From assembly GCA_015065065.1 (NCBI GenBank), contig SVQX01000003.1:21930-85929 (forward strand): a stretch of 64,000 bases of DNA, written 5' to 3'. The first letter of the stretch is position 1. Each line of letters starts with the position of its first letter. Below are positions 18,939 through 27,909 of this stretch, one piece after another. Position numbers and translations under genes: made by a program. The notes under the pieces were generated by a model. The model was not told the origin of the DNA and did no database searches. It saw only the letters and a list, made by a program, of their open reading frames with translations. This DNA is from Oscillospiraceae bacterium (lineage in GTDB: Bacteria; Bacillota; Clostridia; Oscillospirales; CAG-272).

Positions 18939-20033
18939 ATGCGTGTCGGTGTTTTTTTGCGTTTTGCGGCTGGTTGCCTTATGCTTTCGGGGATTTTGAT
19001 ATTGCTCTGCTCGTCAGCGGCATGTGAGGATGCTCCGTCACCTACCGAATATATATATTCCGCGCTTGTTGCCTGCGAGGCGGAAATCGATGTTGCGGAG
19101 TACGCGCTCGATCGCGCGGCAGCGGTGGAAATTCTGCGCGACCTGCTGTGCAATTCGCCCGAGCTATTTTACGTTTCGGGAAAAATATCCTATTCTTACG
19201 GCTCGGACGGGCGACTGCTCACTCTCACTCCCGCTTATAAGGTGGCAGGAAAAGAGCTTGATGCGCAAAGAAAATTTTATACTGATACAGTTGTAAAAAT
19301 GCTGTCGGAGGCAGACACGCTACAAGGTGAGGCAGAGCTTGCGCTATACATACACGACGCTATCGCATCCAAATTCGAATACGATACGGACCACAAAAAT
19401 TACGACGCCTATTCCCTTTTTCGCGATGGCAGAGGCGTATGTCAGGCGTACTCCCTCGGCTTTATCGCACTTTGCCACGAGGCGGGACTCGAAGCCAAAA
19501 CGGTAATCAGCGACGCGATGGACCACGCATGGAACGCGGTAAAAATTGACGGCGAGTGGTATCACATTGACGTCACCCGCGCTGATCCGATCAGCGACGA
19601 ATCCCCATCAAAAGCCGTACTCCACAAGGCTTTTCTCCGCAGCGACGCCGCCATGGCAAGCCTCGGCTATCACGGCTACAACACGGATATTTCTTGTAAA
19701 AGCACAAGATTTGAAAAGGACGGACGCGGCATTTTAGAGGATATTTCCGAGGCGGTGATATTTCGGCAGAACGGTGCATTTGCCGCGCGCGGCACGTCCG
19801 TCGTCAGGGTCGATCTTGCAACGCCGCACCTTATTCCCCTGCCCTTCGGCGACATCGACGGCGACGGAGCGGCAGACGCCCGCGACATAGCTATCCTTCT
19901 TGTTGGGGACAGCGACAGCCTCTTGCCATTTACAATGACGGATACCGATAAATTAGGTGCTTTGATTTTAGAGGATATACTCAAAAAGTATACGTCCGAC
20001 GGGAGTATTTCAGGCGCTGTCGGCGGTGGGTGA
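18939..20033 (+). CDS. secreted transglutaminase-like protease-fold protein with a dockerin-like C-terminus
   Basis: ATG 18939 follows GGAGG. Signal peptide present. Cys-His-Asp core GRGVCQAYS...DHAWN...HIDVT. GDIDGDGAADARDIAILL is a dockerin-type Ca-binding repeat. Confidence 0.7.
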   Translation: MRVGVFLRFAAGCLMLSGILILLCSSAACEDAPSPTEYIYSALVACEAEIDVAEYALDRAAAVEILRDLLCNSPELFYVSGKISYSYGSDGRLLTLTPAYKVAGKELDAQRKFYTDTVVKMLSEADTLQGEAELALYIHDAIASKFEYDTDHKNYDAYSLFRDGRGVCQAYSLGFIALCHEAGLEAKTVISDAMDHAWNAVKIDGEWYHIDVTRADPISDESPSKAVLHKAFLRSDAAMASLGYHGYNTDISCKSTRFEKDGRGILEDISEAVIFRQNGAFAARGTSVVRVDLATPHLIPLPFGDIDGDGAADARDIAILLVGDSDSLLPFTMTDTDKLGALILEDILKKYTSDGSISGAVGGG

Positions 20034-20070
20034 AATTTTATCAAAAAAAGAAAAAATTTTAAAAAACCTA

Positions 20071-20099
20071 TTGACAAAACTATTTTGCCGTGGTATAAT
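20071..20099 (+). promoter_or_regulatory. consensus sigma-70-type promoter for the tRNA operon
   Basis: TTGACA (20071-20076), a 17-nt spacer, then TATAAT (20094-20099). An A/T-rich UP-like tract lies upstream. Confidence 0.65.
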
Positions 20100-20133
20100 A
20101 GTCAAGTCTTGTGACGCATTTCACAATACACAT

Positions 20134-20210
20134 GGCGGAATAGCTCAGTTGGCTAGAGCATTCGGTTCATACCCGACAGGTCGTTGGTTCAAGTCCGACT
20201 TCCGCTACCA
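20134..20210 (+). tRNA. tRNA-Met (anticodon CAT), CCA encoded
   Basis: Cloverleaf folded by hand: acceptor GGCGGAA/TTCCGCT, D-arm GCTC..GAGC, anticodon loop TTCATAC, T-arm GTTGG TTCAAGT CCGAC. Confidence 0.85.
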
Positions 20211-20213
20211 AAA

Positions 20214-20289
20214 GGCCCGTTGGTCAAGAGGCCTAAGACACCGCCCTTTCACGGCGGTAACAGCAGTTCGAATCTGCTACGGGTCACCA
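20214..20289 (+). tRNA. tRNA-Glu (anticodon TTC), CCA encoded
   Basis: GGCCCGTTGGTCAAG...CCCTTTCACGGCGG...GTTCGAATC...ACGGGTCACCA, the classic tRNA-Glu pattern. Confidence 0.85.
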
Positions 20290-20295
20290 AAACAG

Positions 20296-20327
20296 TTAAG
20301 CAACCCTGTGGGGTTGCTTAATTTTTT
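20296..20327 (+). terminator. rho-independent terminator after the tRNA operon
   Basis: Stem TTAAGCAACCC, loop TGTG, stem GGGTTGCTTAA, followed by TTTTTT. Confidence 0.75.
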
Positions 20328-20397
20328 ATCCAAGCCGCAGACTGTATGCCGTGTTCGGCGTGATTTTATACACTATCTCTCACAACGGAGTCAATCT

Positions 20398-21303
20398 ATG
20401 AACACCAAAAGCTCTGTCCGCACGGGGATTTTTCTTGCAATCCTCGCCGCGGCGTTATACGCACTCAGCTCTCCCCTGTCAAAGCTGCTGCTCGACTACG
20501 TCCCGCCCACGCTCATGGCGGGGCTGTTGTACCTCGGCGCGGGGATTGGCATGGGCTGTATCGCTCTCGCCCGCAAGGTCGAAAAATCGCAAAAGCGCGA
20601 AGCCAAGCTGACACGTGCCGAGCTTCCGTACACGGTGGCTATGGTACTGTTGGATATAGCCGCGCCTATATGCCTGCTTATCGGTCTTAATTCCACGACG
20701 GCGGCAAGCGCATCCCTGCTCAACAATTTTGAGATAGTAGCAACAGCGATCATTGCCCTTATGGTATTCAAGGAAAAAATCAGCCCGCGGCTTTGGGTAG
20801 GTATACTTTTCGTCACGCTCTCCTGCGCTGTTTTGTCGGTGGAAAACCTTGCACTGCTTGAGTTTTCATACGGCTCTCTGTTCATTCTGCTTGCATGCGT
20901 ATGCTGGGGCTTTGAAAACAACTGCACGCGCAAGATATCATCCAAGGATCCGCTTCAGATAGTGCTTCTCAAGGGCTTCTTTTCGGGACTCGGCTCGGTC
21001 ATAATCGGTTTGTGTCTTGGTGAGCGCACGACGGCGGTATGGGGAATTTTTGCGGTGCTGTGCGTCGGATTTGTTGCATACGGACTCAGCATATTTTTCT
21101 ACGTTCACGCTCAAAGACGGCTTGGCGCGGCACGCACAAGCGCTTACTACGCGATATCTCCCTTTATAGGAACGCTGTTGTCACTCCTACTCTTTGTTGA
21201 AATGCCTACCTACAATTTTTTGATCGCTCTCGGACTTATGGCGCTCGGCGCATGGCTCTGCTCGTCGGATAGGCCGATATTCAAAAAGAGATCAAATCCA
21301 TAA
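20398..21303 (+). CDS. EamA/DMT-family transporter
   Basis: ATG 20398 (MNTKSSVRTGIFLAILAAALYALS). The track ORF starting at 20026 reads through the tRNAs and is not credible upstream of this ATG. About 10 TM segments. Confidence 0.8.
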   Translation: MNTKSSVRTGIFLAILAAALYALSSPLSKLLLDYVPPTLMAGLLYLGAGIGMGCIALARKVEKSQKREAKLTRAELPYTVAMVLLDIAAPICLLIGLNSTTAASASLLNNFEIVATAIIALMVFKEKISPRLWVGILFVTLSCAVLSVENLALLEFSYGSLFILLACVCWGFENNCTRKISSKDPLQIVLLKGFFSGLGSVIIGLCLGERTTAVWGIFAVLCVGFVAYGLSIFFYVHAQRRLGAARTSAYYAISPFIGTLLSLLLFVEMPTYNFLIALGLMALGAWLCSSDRPIFKKRSNP

Positions 21304-21515
21304 AAACATACCCGCCGAGAGCGATTTTCGAAGTCGCCTCGGCGGTTTGATACATCAAGAAAGACTATGTTGAAATGAAACAAATCCCCAACGCGCCGCA
21401 GCGCATTTCACAAATTCCGAAAGGGATTTATTTCGTTGAAAAACCCCCCTTGCCACACAGCAAGGTTTTTTATATATTATTAAAAAAGCAAAAAGATCCT
21501 CTATCAAATTCCATT

Positions 21516-22496
21516 TTATAATATATATAATATATTCACCAGCGAACAAAGAAGGCTCACAAGAACAAGTATCCAATATCCATAGCCTTGAAGAATAGCC
21601 CATGTTTTTTGGCGCTTTGTAGGTTGGATTATCTTGTAATTCTCATTCGGCTCGAGCTTCTCAAAGGTGTCTTTATAAGGTATTCCTTTTTCTATAGATT
21701 CCAGACCGTGTCGTGCCAGCTCCGCCAAATTCAAATTGGGTGCTTCCTGCAGTATACTTTGAAAAATTTTCGCAGCCGTTTCGTTTTCGCCCTTATCAAG
21801 AGCAATCCGCGCCTCGCGGAAACGCAGCCTAACCTGTTGATATTTTGTTTTTGCAAACTGGAATTGGGAAATGTAGGATATATAATCGTAGCAGTCACTA
21901 TAAGCCCTTTGAACAAATCTTTCATAAAACATAATAGAAGGTGTCTGACTACGAATCTTATTGGCTGTCTTGGCAGACTCGGCGACTAACTCAAGCTGGA
22001 AGCGTTTGCAAATTTCTCGCAGATTTTCTATATCTCCTATATCAAAATAAACGTGAGCCAAATACGCAAAATAAACATGTTTATGTTTTTTATCAGCTTT
22101 CGAATCTCTTAACTTTTGATGACACATACTGACGCAGTTAGAATAATTGTACGTAATATATTCACAAGTTAACTGACATAAGGACATAGGCCCTGTCATT
22201 TTGGTTTGTTTTACTATTTCCTTAAACAAATCAGCATTCAAATCATAATCAAGTGCGCGTGAAAGATATTTTTGCCCCAAGAAATGATAAATACGTCTAT
22301 CCAAATTGCACCATACGATTCCCAGCATCGCACAAATCAAGGCATACACGAAAAATGTTTTCGTGTTTTTGACGTAATTTCCGAAAAAACAAAATACAAC
22401 GGGTATTATAAAAGCGATAAATATAGGTATTCTGATTATTGCACTATAAATATTATATTTTCCTACTCTTACTTTGGTTTCTTCCTTAATGTTCAT
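21516..22496 (-). CDS. AT-rich island gene: membrane-anchored helical-repeat (TPR-like) protein
   Basis: Start probably MNIKEETKV. Two N-terminal TM segments and one C-terminal TM segment. Visibly much more AT-rich than its flanks. Confidence 0.5.
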   Translation of the reverse strand: MNIKEETKVRVGKYNIYSAIIRIPIFIAFIIPVVFCFFGNYVKNTKTFFVYALICAMLGIVWCNLDRRIYHFLGQKYLSRALDYDLNADLFKEIVKQTKMTGPMSLCQLTCEYITYNYSNCVSMCHQKLRDSKADKKHKHVYFAYLAHVYFDIGDIENLREICKRFQLELVAESAKTANKIRSQTPSIMFYERFVQRAYSDCYDYISYISQFQFAKTKYQQVRLRFREARIALDKGENETAAKIFQSILQEAPNLNLAELARHGLESIEKGIPYKDTFEKLEPNENYKIIQPTKRQKTWAILQGYGYWILVLVSLLCSLVNILYIL

Positions 22497-22595
22497 TTTC
22501 CGCTCCTTTCTACAACAATATTGTAACATCTACACACCATTTTGTCAAGTAAGATCGCTAAAAGTCTTGCACAGTAAAACCACACAAAGAAAAGT

Positions 22596-22624
22596 AAAAC
22601 CCCTTGCTACAGCAAGGGGTTTTC
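22596..22624. terminator. hairpin terminator
   Basis: AAAACCCCTTGC-TACA-GCAAGGGGTTTT. A similar hairpin lies at 21441-21470. Confidence 0.6.
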
Positions 22625-22628
22625 TGTA

Positions 22629-22652
22629 TGGGGTGAATAGTGGGATTCGAAC
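22629..22652 (-). other. tRNA-type 3'-terminal fragment; candidate att core at the left prophage border
   Basis: The minus strand reads GTTCGAATCCCACTATTCACCCCA, i.e. T-loop, T-stem 3' half, acceptor 3' strand and CCA. No D-arm or anticodon arm lies upstream. Confidence 0.6.
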
Positions 22653-22699
22653 TTTTTGCCATTCACCCAAATGTCGTTATTGTTCAATGACTTTATGCG

Positions 22700-23695
22700 T
22701 TATGTTTCGCGTTTTGTTTCGCATAACTCCTCTGAGGCGGCGCTCTTATCGCATTCTTCAAGCTTCAAAATATCCCTTATCTGCTCATACCGTTCCGCAA
22801 TGCTTCGATAGATCTTTTTCTCTATAAACTCGACGTAAGCCTGCAGATAGCGTATTTTCGCCTGCAGATGTCGCACCTCTACGGTGTTGTACGCCTTCAC
22901 GCCGTTTGTATATCCGGACGCCATTCTGAACAGCAGCGCCGTCAGCTTCAAGAACGTATAGATAACTCGTGCAAGCGTAATATCCTTCGTCATGGTGAGT
23001 GATATTCCGACTGTAAACACGGCAGTGAGAACGGATATTATAAGTCCTTTCCTGCCAAATTTCTTTTGCTCGACGTACTCGTCGCCGCCAACCGGAACAC
23101 CGCCGCGACCGTACTTGTTCAGCCCGTCTGTAAGCAAAATTTCAGCCGTGAGATCTATCGGCTCCAAAGCGTTAATGGCGTGGATCTTGAGGGCAAGGTC
23201 AGGACGCAGTATTTGCTTCAGCTCATCAAGGGACTTGTTAGAATATTTTTCAAGGTATTCCTTGTAGTCCACACGCAGACGCCGACAGCGGATGCGCCGT
23301 GCCTGCTCAAGCTCGACGTCCGTCTGCCAATCGCAATAAGGATCGAGAAGCAGAGTGCCAATTCCCTTCACCCTTTCAACGAGCGCCTTATACACAGATC
23401 GCTCGTGAAAATACTCGTCATCCAGCTTGCCGCTCGTCGTGCCTATCTGAAGCATAGCGCGCTCACCGATAACGAACATCAGTACGGTAATGATACCGTC
23501 GGACAGCAGCCCCCAGCCGAATTTCGGAAGCGAGCTGTCCGTCCAGATAAGACCGATCAGCAGCACGGGGAGCATAAGGCAGACGTAAAGGGAGAGATTC
23601 TGCCCTATCATACGCGCCATCTGCTTGGTCTTATCGTTCCGCTCCTTTTCACGAGCAAGAGTCGCCTCGCGCTTGTTTTCCGGCAATTTGTCCAT
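22700..23695 (-). CDS. phage membrane protein (331 aa), function unknown
   Basis: Long ORF with several TM segments. It is the last gene before the att-like border. Confidence 0.55.
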   Translation of the reverse strand: MDKLPENKREATLAREKERNDKTKQMARMIGQNLSLYVCLMLPVLLIGLIWTDSSLPKFGWGLLSDGIITVLMFVIGERAMLQIGTTSGKLDDEYFHERSVYKALVERVKGIGTLLLDPYCDWQTDVELEQARRIRCRRLRVDYKEYLEKYSNKSLDELKQILRPDLALKIHAINALEPIDLTAEILLTDGLNKYGRGGVPVGGDEYVEQKKFGRKGLIISVLTAVFTVGISLTMTKDITLARVIYTFLKLTALLFRMASGYTNGVKAYNTVEVRHLQAKIRYLQAYVEFIEKKIYRSIAERYEQIRDILKLEECDKSAASEELCETKRET

Positions 23696-23697
23696 AC

Positions 23698-24096
23698 TTA
23701 TTCGCTCCTCCTCTCAATGACTCCGGCAGCAAAAACGAGGAAATACCCAATACCGCTACCCACAAGTCCCGCCATGCAGACGGTTGTCAGATCGTCTATG
23801 ATAGTCGTTATCTTGCCCAGACCGACCATAGCAAAAAATCCGACGAGCCAAAAAACCACAGGAGGACACGTATTGAGTCCCAGCCTTTCCTTTATCCATG
23901 CAAATATGACCTTGCGAAAGGTTATCACAGCGACTGCAATAACAAGTATAGCGCCGCCTCCGATAGACACCGACACCCCCTCGCTTTTGCTCCACAGAGG
24001 GAATTTGTCTATTATTACCCATATCGGGCAGCCGGCGCTCACGGCAAAAGCCGCGAGCCGCAAAGCCGCACTCAAAAGATTACTGACCGTTTTCAT
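23698..24096 (-). CDS. small four-TM membrane protein (holin-like by size and topology only)
   Basis: 132 aa with four hydrophobic segments. Confidence 0.5.
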   Translation of the reverse strand: MKTVSNLLSAALRLAAFAVSAGCPIWVIIDKFPLWSKSEGVSVSIGGGAILVIAVAVITFRKVIFAWIKERLGLNTCPPVVFWLVGFFAMVGLGKITTIIDDLTTVCMAGLVGSGIGYFLVFAAGVIERRSE

Positions 24097-24841
24097 CAGC
24101 CGTCACCTCATGCTCCTCGGCAGGGACAGACGTCTGGGAATTAAGTGCCCTCACTTCCTCAAGCCGAGCCTTGGCGTTGTTAAAGCAAATGGTGATCTCG
24201 TCCCGCTTCCACTGCGGCAGAGCTGAAAGCTGAAGCAGCTCGTTTACCACCGTAGCCATAAGCTCGACCGACTCGGAGTACGCCGTTTCGGTATTTTTAA
24301 GACGCTCCATCTCCAACGCCGTTTCAGTACGCAACGCCTCCGCCGCAGCGAGGATCTCTTTTACCTTCTCCGCCGCATCTCCCATATATTTTTTTGCCGC
24401 TTCCCCAAACTCCACCGTGTTGTTATTCATTACAGCTGCATCCTTGGAGGCGCTCTTGCGTGATATGCAGTTTCCTATAAAGAACACGATAAACGCAACG
24501 CCGGCAAATATCCATGCTATGGCATCAAGATTTGTGATAACGAATTCTTTGACCTTGTCCCAGCCCGTAATATTGTCACCATCTACCGACTCAAGCCCGA
24601 ACAGTATGTAATCCTTGATAGCCTGTATCTGCTCAGGTGTCGCACGGTCAAGCAGCCCCTCGATGTCACCTGCGCTGACCTCTGTAGTGAGCGCCTCGCT
24701 CTGTGCCGCAGTAACCGCCGCCGTCATTTCGGACGTTGCTTCTGTAATAGCTTGGGCGTCAGCAGTCCCCTCCGCGAAAACGCTTATCGCCGAGAAAGCG
24801 ATAACGATAACGGTAAACAGTATGCCAAAAAGTCTTTTCAT
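24080..24841 (-). CDS. secreted/TM coiled-coil protein (253 aa)
   Basis: Signal peptide MKRLFGILFTVIVIAFSAISVFA, a central TM segment and a helical C-terminus. Confidence 0.55.
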   Translation of the reverse strand: MKRLFGILFTVIVIAFSAISVFAEGTADAQAITEATSEMTAAVTAAQSEALTTEVSAGDIEGLLDRATPEQIQAIKDYILFGLESVDGDNITGWDKVKEFVITNLDAIAWIFAGVAFIVFFIGNCISRKSASKDAAVMNNNTVEFGEAAKKYMGDAAEKVKEILAAAEALRTETALEMERLKNTETAYSESVELMATVVNELLQLSALPQWKRDEITICFNNAKARLEEVRALNSQTSVPAEEHEVTADENGQ

Positions 24842-24843
24842 TT

Positions 24844-25242
24844 TTATTCCTCCTCATTATTTATAATGAATCCAAGTGCGTCGTGACGAATAGAGCCGAT
24901 GAGCCGCCTCAGCTCCTCAGCGGTGTTCTCAAGCTTTATCTCAAGCTGTGAAATATACATCCGCGCTTCAATGTATCCCGCGAAGGGATCAACGCGGCTG
25001 ACGGGTATGCCGTTCTCAAGGTGCGGCGATACTACGTTATATCTGATGCCGTCCGCCGTGGTAAAGGTGGCGTGAACACGCCCCACCGCCTCTATGCGCG
25101 GCGTAGGCGTGTCCGCGCTGCCGACGGTAAACGCCTGCCCGTCTATCGACAGAATACCGATATTTTTAGGAGTTACCGTTATGTACTCCTTGTTATCGTT
25201 CACGAGGATAGCCTCGTGATTGTTGAGTAAGTAGATTATCAT
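24844..25242 (-). CDS. phage hypothetical protein (132 aa)
   Basis: ORF in operon register. Confidence 0.5.
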   Translation of the reverse strand: MIIYLLNNHEAILVNDNKEYITVTPKNIGILSIDGQAFTVGSADTPTPRIEAVGRVHATFTTADGIRYNVVSPHLENGIPVSRVDPFAGYIEARMYISQLEIKLENTAEELRRLIGSIRHDALGFIINNEEE

Positions 25243-25261
25243 AATACGCTCCTTTCGCTAA

Positions 25262-26170
25262 TTACTCGGCATTGTACTTTACGAAGATATCCGAATCCTC
25301 CAAGTCTGCATATAGTGTGGTGCAAGGATACAAACTCGTCACACCTTCCACAGTGCCATCTGCGGCGGCCGGATATTCAATAGGCTCTATATAAGGCTCA
25401 TACTCGGTGGCAGTTTCGCCAAGCTCTATCTGATATTGGTAGCTCGTCAATCTGGACTTAGCTATATCTAATCCAGAATTAACAGCATCCACTATATAAA
25501 TTACATCACCCTCTTTTATGTCATAATAAAAAGTAAAGGTGGTAGTCTGAGTAACTATATAGTGATCCGTTTTTTGCGCTCCCCCTACTAAGTGCAAAGC
25601 ATCACTGCGACAATTACCATCTTTATCATTAACGTAAGTGTAAATATAGCAGTCTGCGCTTGTGTCGGTTTTGTAAGGATTCAAAAAATACTTTCCAGCT
25701 GGTAAGCGTATCTCATAGCCACATCTTGTGTGCACTGCGCCATCCACATTAGCCGTATAAGTAACCTCTTTTACTTGCGAGGCTGCGCTATTAAATAAAT
25801 TCTTGCCCAGCTTTATAACCTTGACATCGCTGAAACCGGACTGACTCCGATGGTCAATCTTTATATCAAGCGTGTGTGATTCGGGAGAAATATCCTTCAG
25901 GGATACGATCCTTCCTTGCGCGGCAGCGTTAAAGGCTTCCGAAACACTTATTGATATATCGTAGAGCATTTTCTTCTTGGCACATTCCACCGTGGCAGTC
26001 TTGCCCGCGGGCACATTTGTGCTGACGCCGTTATAAGTAACGTTCCCTTTTAAATCAAAAGCTATCTTGATATTTTTAGCCGCAACCTTGTCCGCGCAAT
26101 GAATGGTCGCGCTTTTTCCTCCGTCAAGAGAGGCAAGCAAAGAATCACCGTATTTAATTGAAGTCGCCAT
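25262..26170 (-). CDS. phage tail-associated hypothetical protein (302 aa)
   Basis: Assigned from its position next to the fibre gene. No motif recognised. Confidence 0.5.
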   Translation of the reverse strand: MATSIKYGDSLLASLDGGKSATIHCADKVAAKNIKIAFDLKGNVTYNGVSTNVPAGKTATVECAKKKMLYDISISVSEAFNAAAQGRIVSLKDISPESHTLDIKIDHRSQSGFSDVKVIKLGKNLFNSAASQVKEVTYTANVDGAVHTRCGYEIRLPAGKYFLNPYKTDTSADCYIYTYVNDKDGNCRSDALHLVGGAQKTDHYIVTQTTTFTFYYDIKEGDVIYIVDAVNSGLDIAKSRLTSYQYQIELGETATEYEPYIEPIEYPAAADGTVEGVTSLYPCTTLYADLEDSDIFVKYNAE

Positions 26171-26179
26171 GCATCCTCC

Positions 26180-27865
26180 TTACGATATAGTCACAGTACC
26201 GTCGAATATTTCAAGCTGTTCGAGGGTGGTTATTCTTGCCTTAAGCGCATCTACTTCCGCCGCCCCACAACCGATTTTTTCGCAATAAACATTTCCATAG
26301 TCGGGGTGAATACTTGAAATAGTAAGAATTGTACCTTCCGTGTCAATAATAATGTCGCCCGTTCTTGCCTTTGCTACGTCAAAATTTTCTATGTTGGCAA
26401 ATAGGCATACCGGGTTGCCCTCGTCGTGCGTGGTGTCGTTGCATCTCCACACGTTCGCGCCCGCCGCGCCACCTCCACCATAGATATCGGTAAATAGAGC
26501 CACTTCCGGCTTTAACGGATCGCCTTGCCAGCCGGTCACAACGGCATAATGACCTTTCGAGTCAAAAATGTAGTCCCCTATTTTGACGATTTTTCCGTCT
26601 TGCGCGACCAATAAGCTACTGGACATTGAATATGATTGGATGCTTTCATACCAAGTAGCACTTGACAACGCAATCGTCGACTGCCATATTGTCGTGCCGT
26701 CTGTGCCATCTTTGCTGTTGATTTCATAAATCGTACTGAGATAAAAGCCGGCGGGGTCAGCAGGGTCGCCAATGGTATTGTTGACAATACCATAGCAACC
26801 ACAGGAGTCAAAGAGATAATCCCCCGCCTTGATGATCTTACCATCAATGGGATCAATCTCCGAAATGTAGATGTAACCATCCGCATCTTTCGCTATGCAG
26901 TTGAGAGAAGTCGAGGTGTGCCATATTGTCGCTCCGTCCTTGCCATCCGCTCCGTCCTTGCCATCCGCTCCGGTGCTGACGATCTCATAAATCGTGCTGA
27001 GCAAAGCTTGTATAGGGTCAGCGGGATCTCCTGTGGTATTTTGGACGATACCATAACAGCCGTCCGAGTCGAAAAGATAATCTCCTGCCTTGATAACCTT
27101 GCCCTCAATAGGGTCGATATCACTGACGTTGATATAACCGTCTACGTCCTCAGTCAAGCAGTTGAGAGAAGTCGAGGTGTGCCATATTGTCGCTCCGTCC
27201 TTGCCATCCGCTCCGTCCTTGCCCATCGGGCCTCGAAGCGAAGAGAGATACAAATAGCCAAAGGTTGTATCCGACACCGCGGTTATCAGCGCCATACGTC
27301 CATTCGTATCAATGGCAAGATCCCCCGCCTGTACCGTTTTGTCAACCACCTTGGCAAGAGGACCGATGGAAGCCGTCGCCGAGCCCTCCTCAAATGCTCC
27401 GTCAAAGTACCACGTGGACGCTCCATCCCTCAGCATCGCCTTTTTCTCGTTGAATTCAGCTATCAGAGCATTCAGGGCAGAATACTGACTCGATGACGTC
27501 ACCCCGCTGATATCAAAGGGACTCTCGTATATTATCATACAGATATGCGGCGAGCACAGAAAAGCCCCGTCAATACCGAAAACGTGTATCTGACAGTCCA
27601 TAGCGCCGCTCACAGCCGCCGTCTGCTCGTTAAAATCGTAGATAATGACGTCGTCCTTGATAACGCAGTCGTCGTACAGCTGCGTAGTATCGGGCTTGGT
27701 GGCGGCAAATATCGCATAACAGCCGTAAGGCAACGCAAACGGCTTCCCGTTCTCCACCAACCGAATACAAAGCCTGCGGTTCGTTTCGCCCTGACGCGCC
27801 GATACAGACACCTGTATGTCCTGACGGTGCAAGTCAAGCGTAAGATTATATACCGATCTGTTCAT
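26180..27865 (-). CDS. tail fibre / receptor-binding protein with a BppU-N-like head and collagen-like repeats
   Basis: N-terminus YNLTLDLHRQD...ARQGETNRRLCIRLVENGKPF...AATKPD. Repeated 87-aa units start GADGKDGADGKDGATIWHTSTSLNC. Confidence 0.65.
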   Translation of the reverse strand: MNRSVYNLTLDLHRQDIQVSVSARQGETNRRLCIRLVENGKPFALPYGCYAIFAATKPDTTQLYDDCVIKDDVIIYDFNEQTAAVSGAMDCQIHVFGIDGAFLCSPHICMIIYESPFDISGVTSSSQYSALNALIAEFNEKKAMLRDGASTWYFDGAFEEGSATASIGPLAKVVDKTVQAGDLAIDTNGRMALITAVSDTTFGYLYLSSLRGPMGKDGADGKDGATIWHTSTSLNCLTEDVDGYINVSDIDPIEGKVIKAGDYLFDSDGCYGIVQNTTGDPADPIQALLSTIYEIVSTGADGKDGADGKDGATIWHTSTSLNCIAKDADGYIYISEIDPIDGKIIKAGDYLFDSCGCYGIVNNTIGDPADPAGFYLSTIYEINSKDGTDGTTIWQSTIALSSATWYESIQSYSMSSSLLVAQDGKIVKIGDYIFDSKGHYAVVTGWQGDPLKPEVALFTDIYGGGGAAGANVWRCNDTTHDEGNPVCLFANIENFDVAKARTGDIIIDTEGTILTISSIHPDYGNVYCEKIGCGAAEVDALKARITTLEQLEIFDGTVTIS

Positions 27866-27880
27866 TTAACTTTCCTTTCC

Positions 27881-27903
27881 GCTCGGGCGGTATCCGCCCG
27901 AGC
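27881..27903. repeat. perfect 10-bp GC hairpin in the intergenic gap
   Basis: GCTCGGGCGG-TAT-CCGCCCGAGC, with no U-tract on the coding strand. Confidence 0.7.
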
Positions 27904-27909
27904 CTGATA

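Noticed and set aside
20026-20397. N-terminal 124 codons of track ORF 20026..21303
   Set aside because: This part reads straight through a consensus promoter, two tRNA genes and a terminator. The real EamA gene starts at ATG 20398.
23066-24226. 386-aa plus-strand ORF
   Set aside because: It spans three co-directional minus-strand genes with proper spacing, so I read it as a shadow frame.
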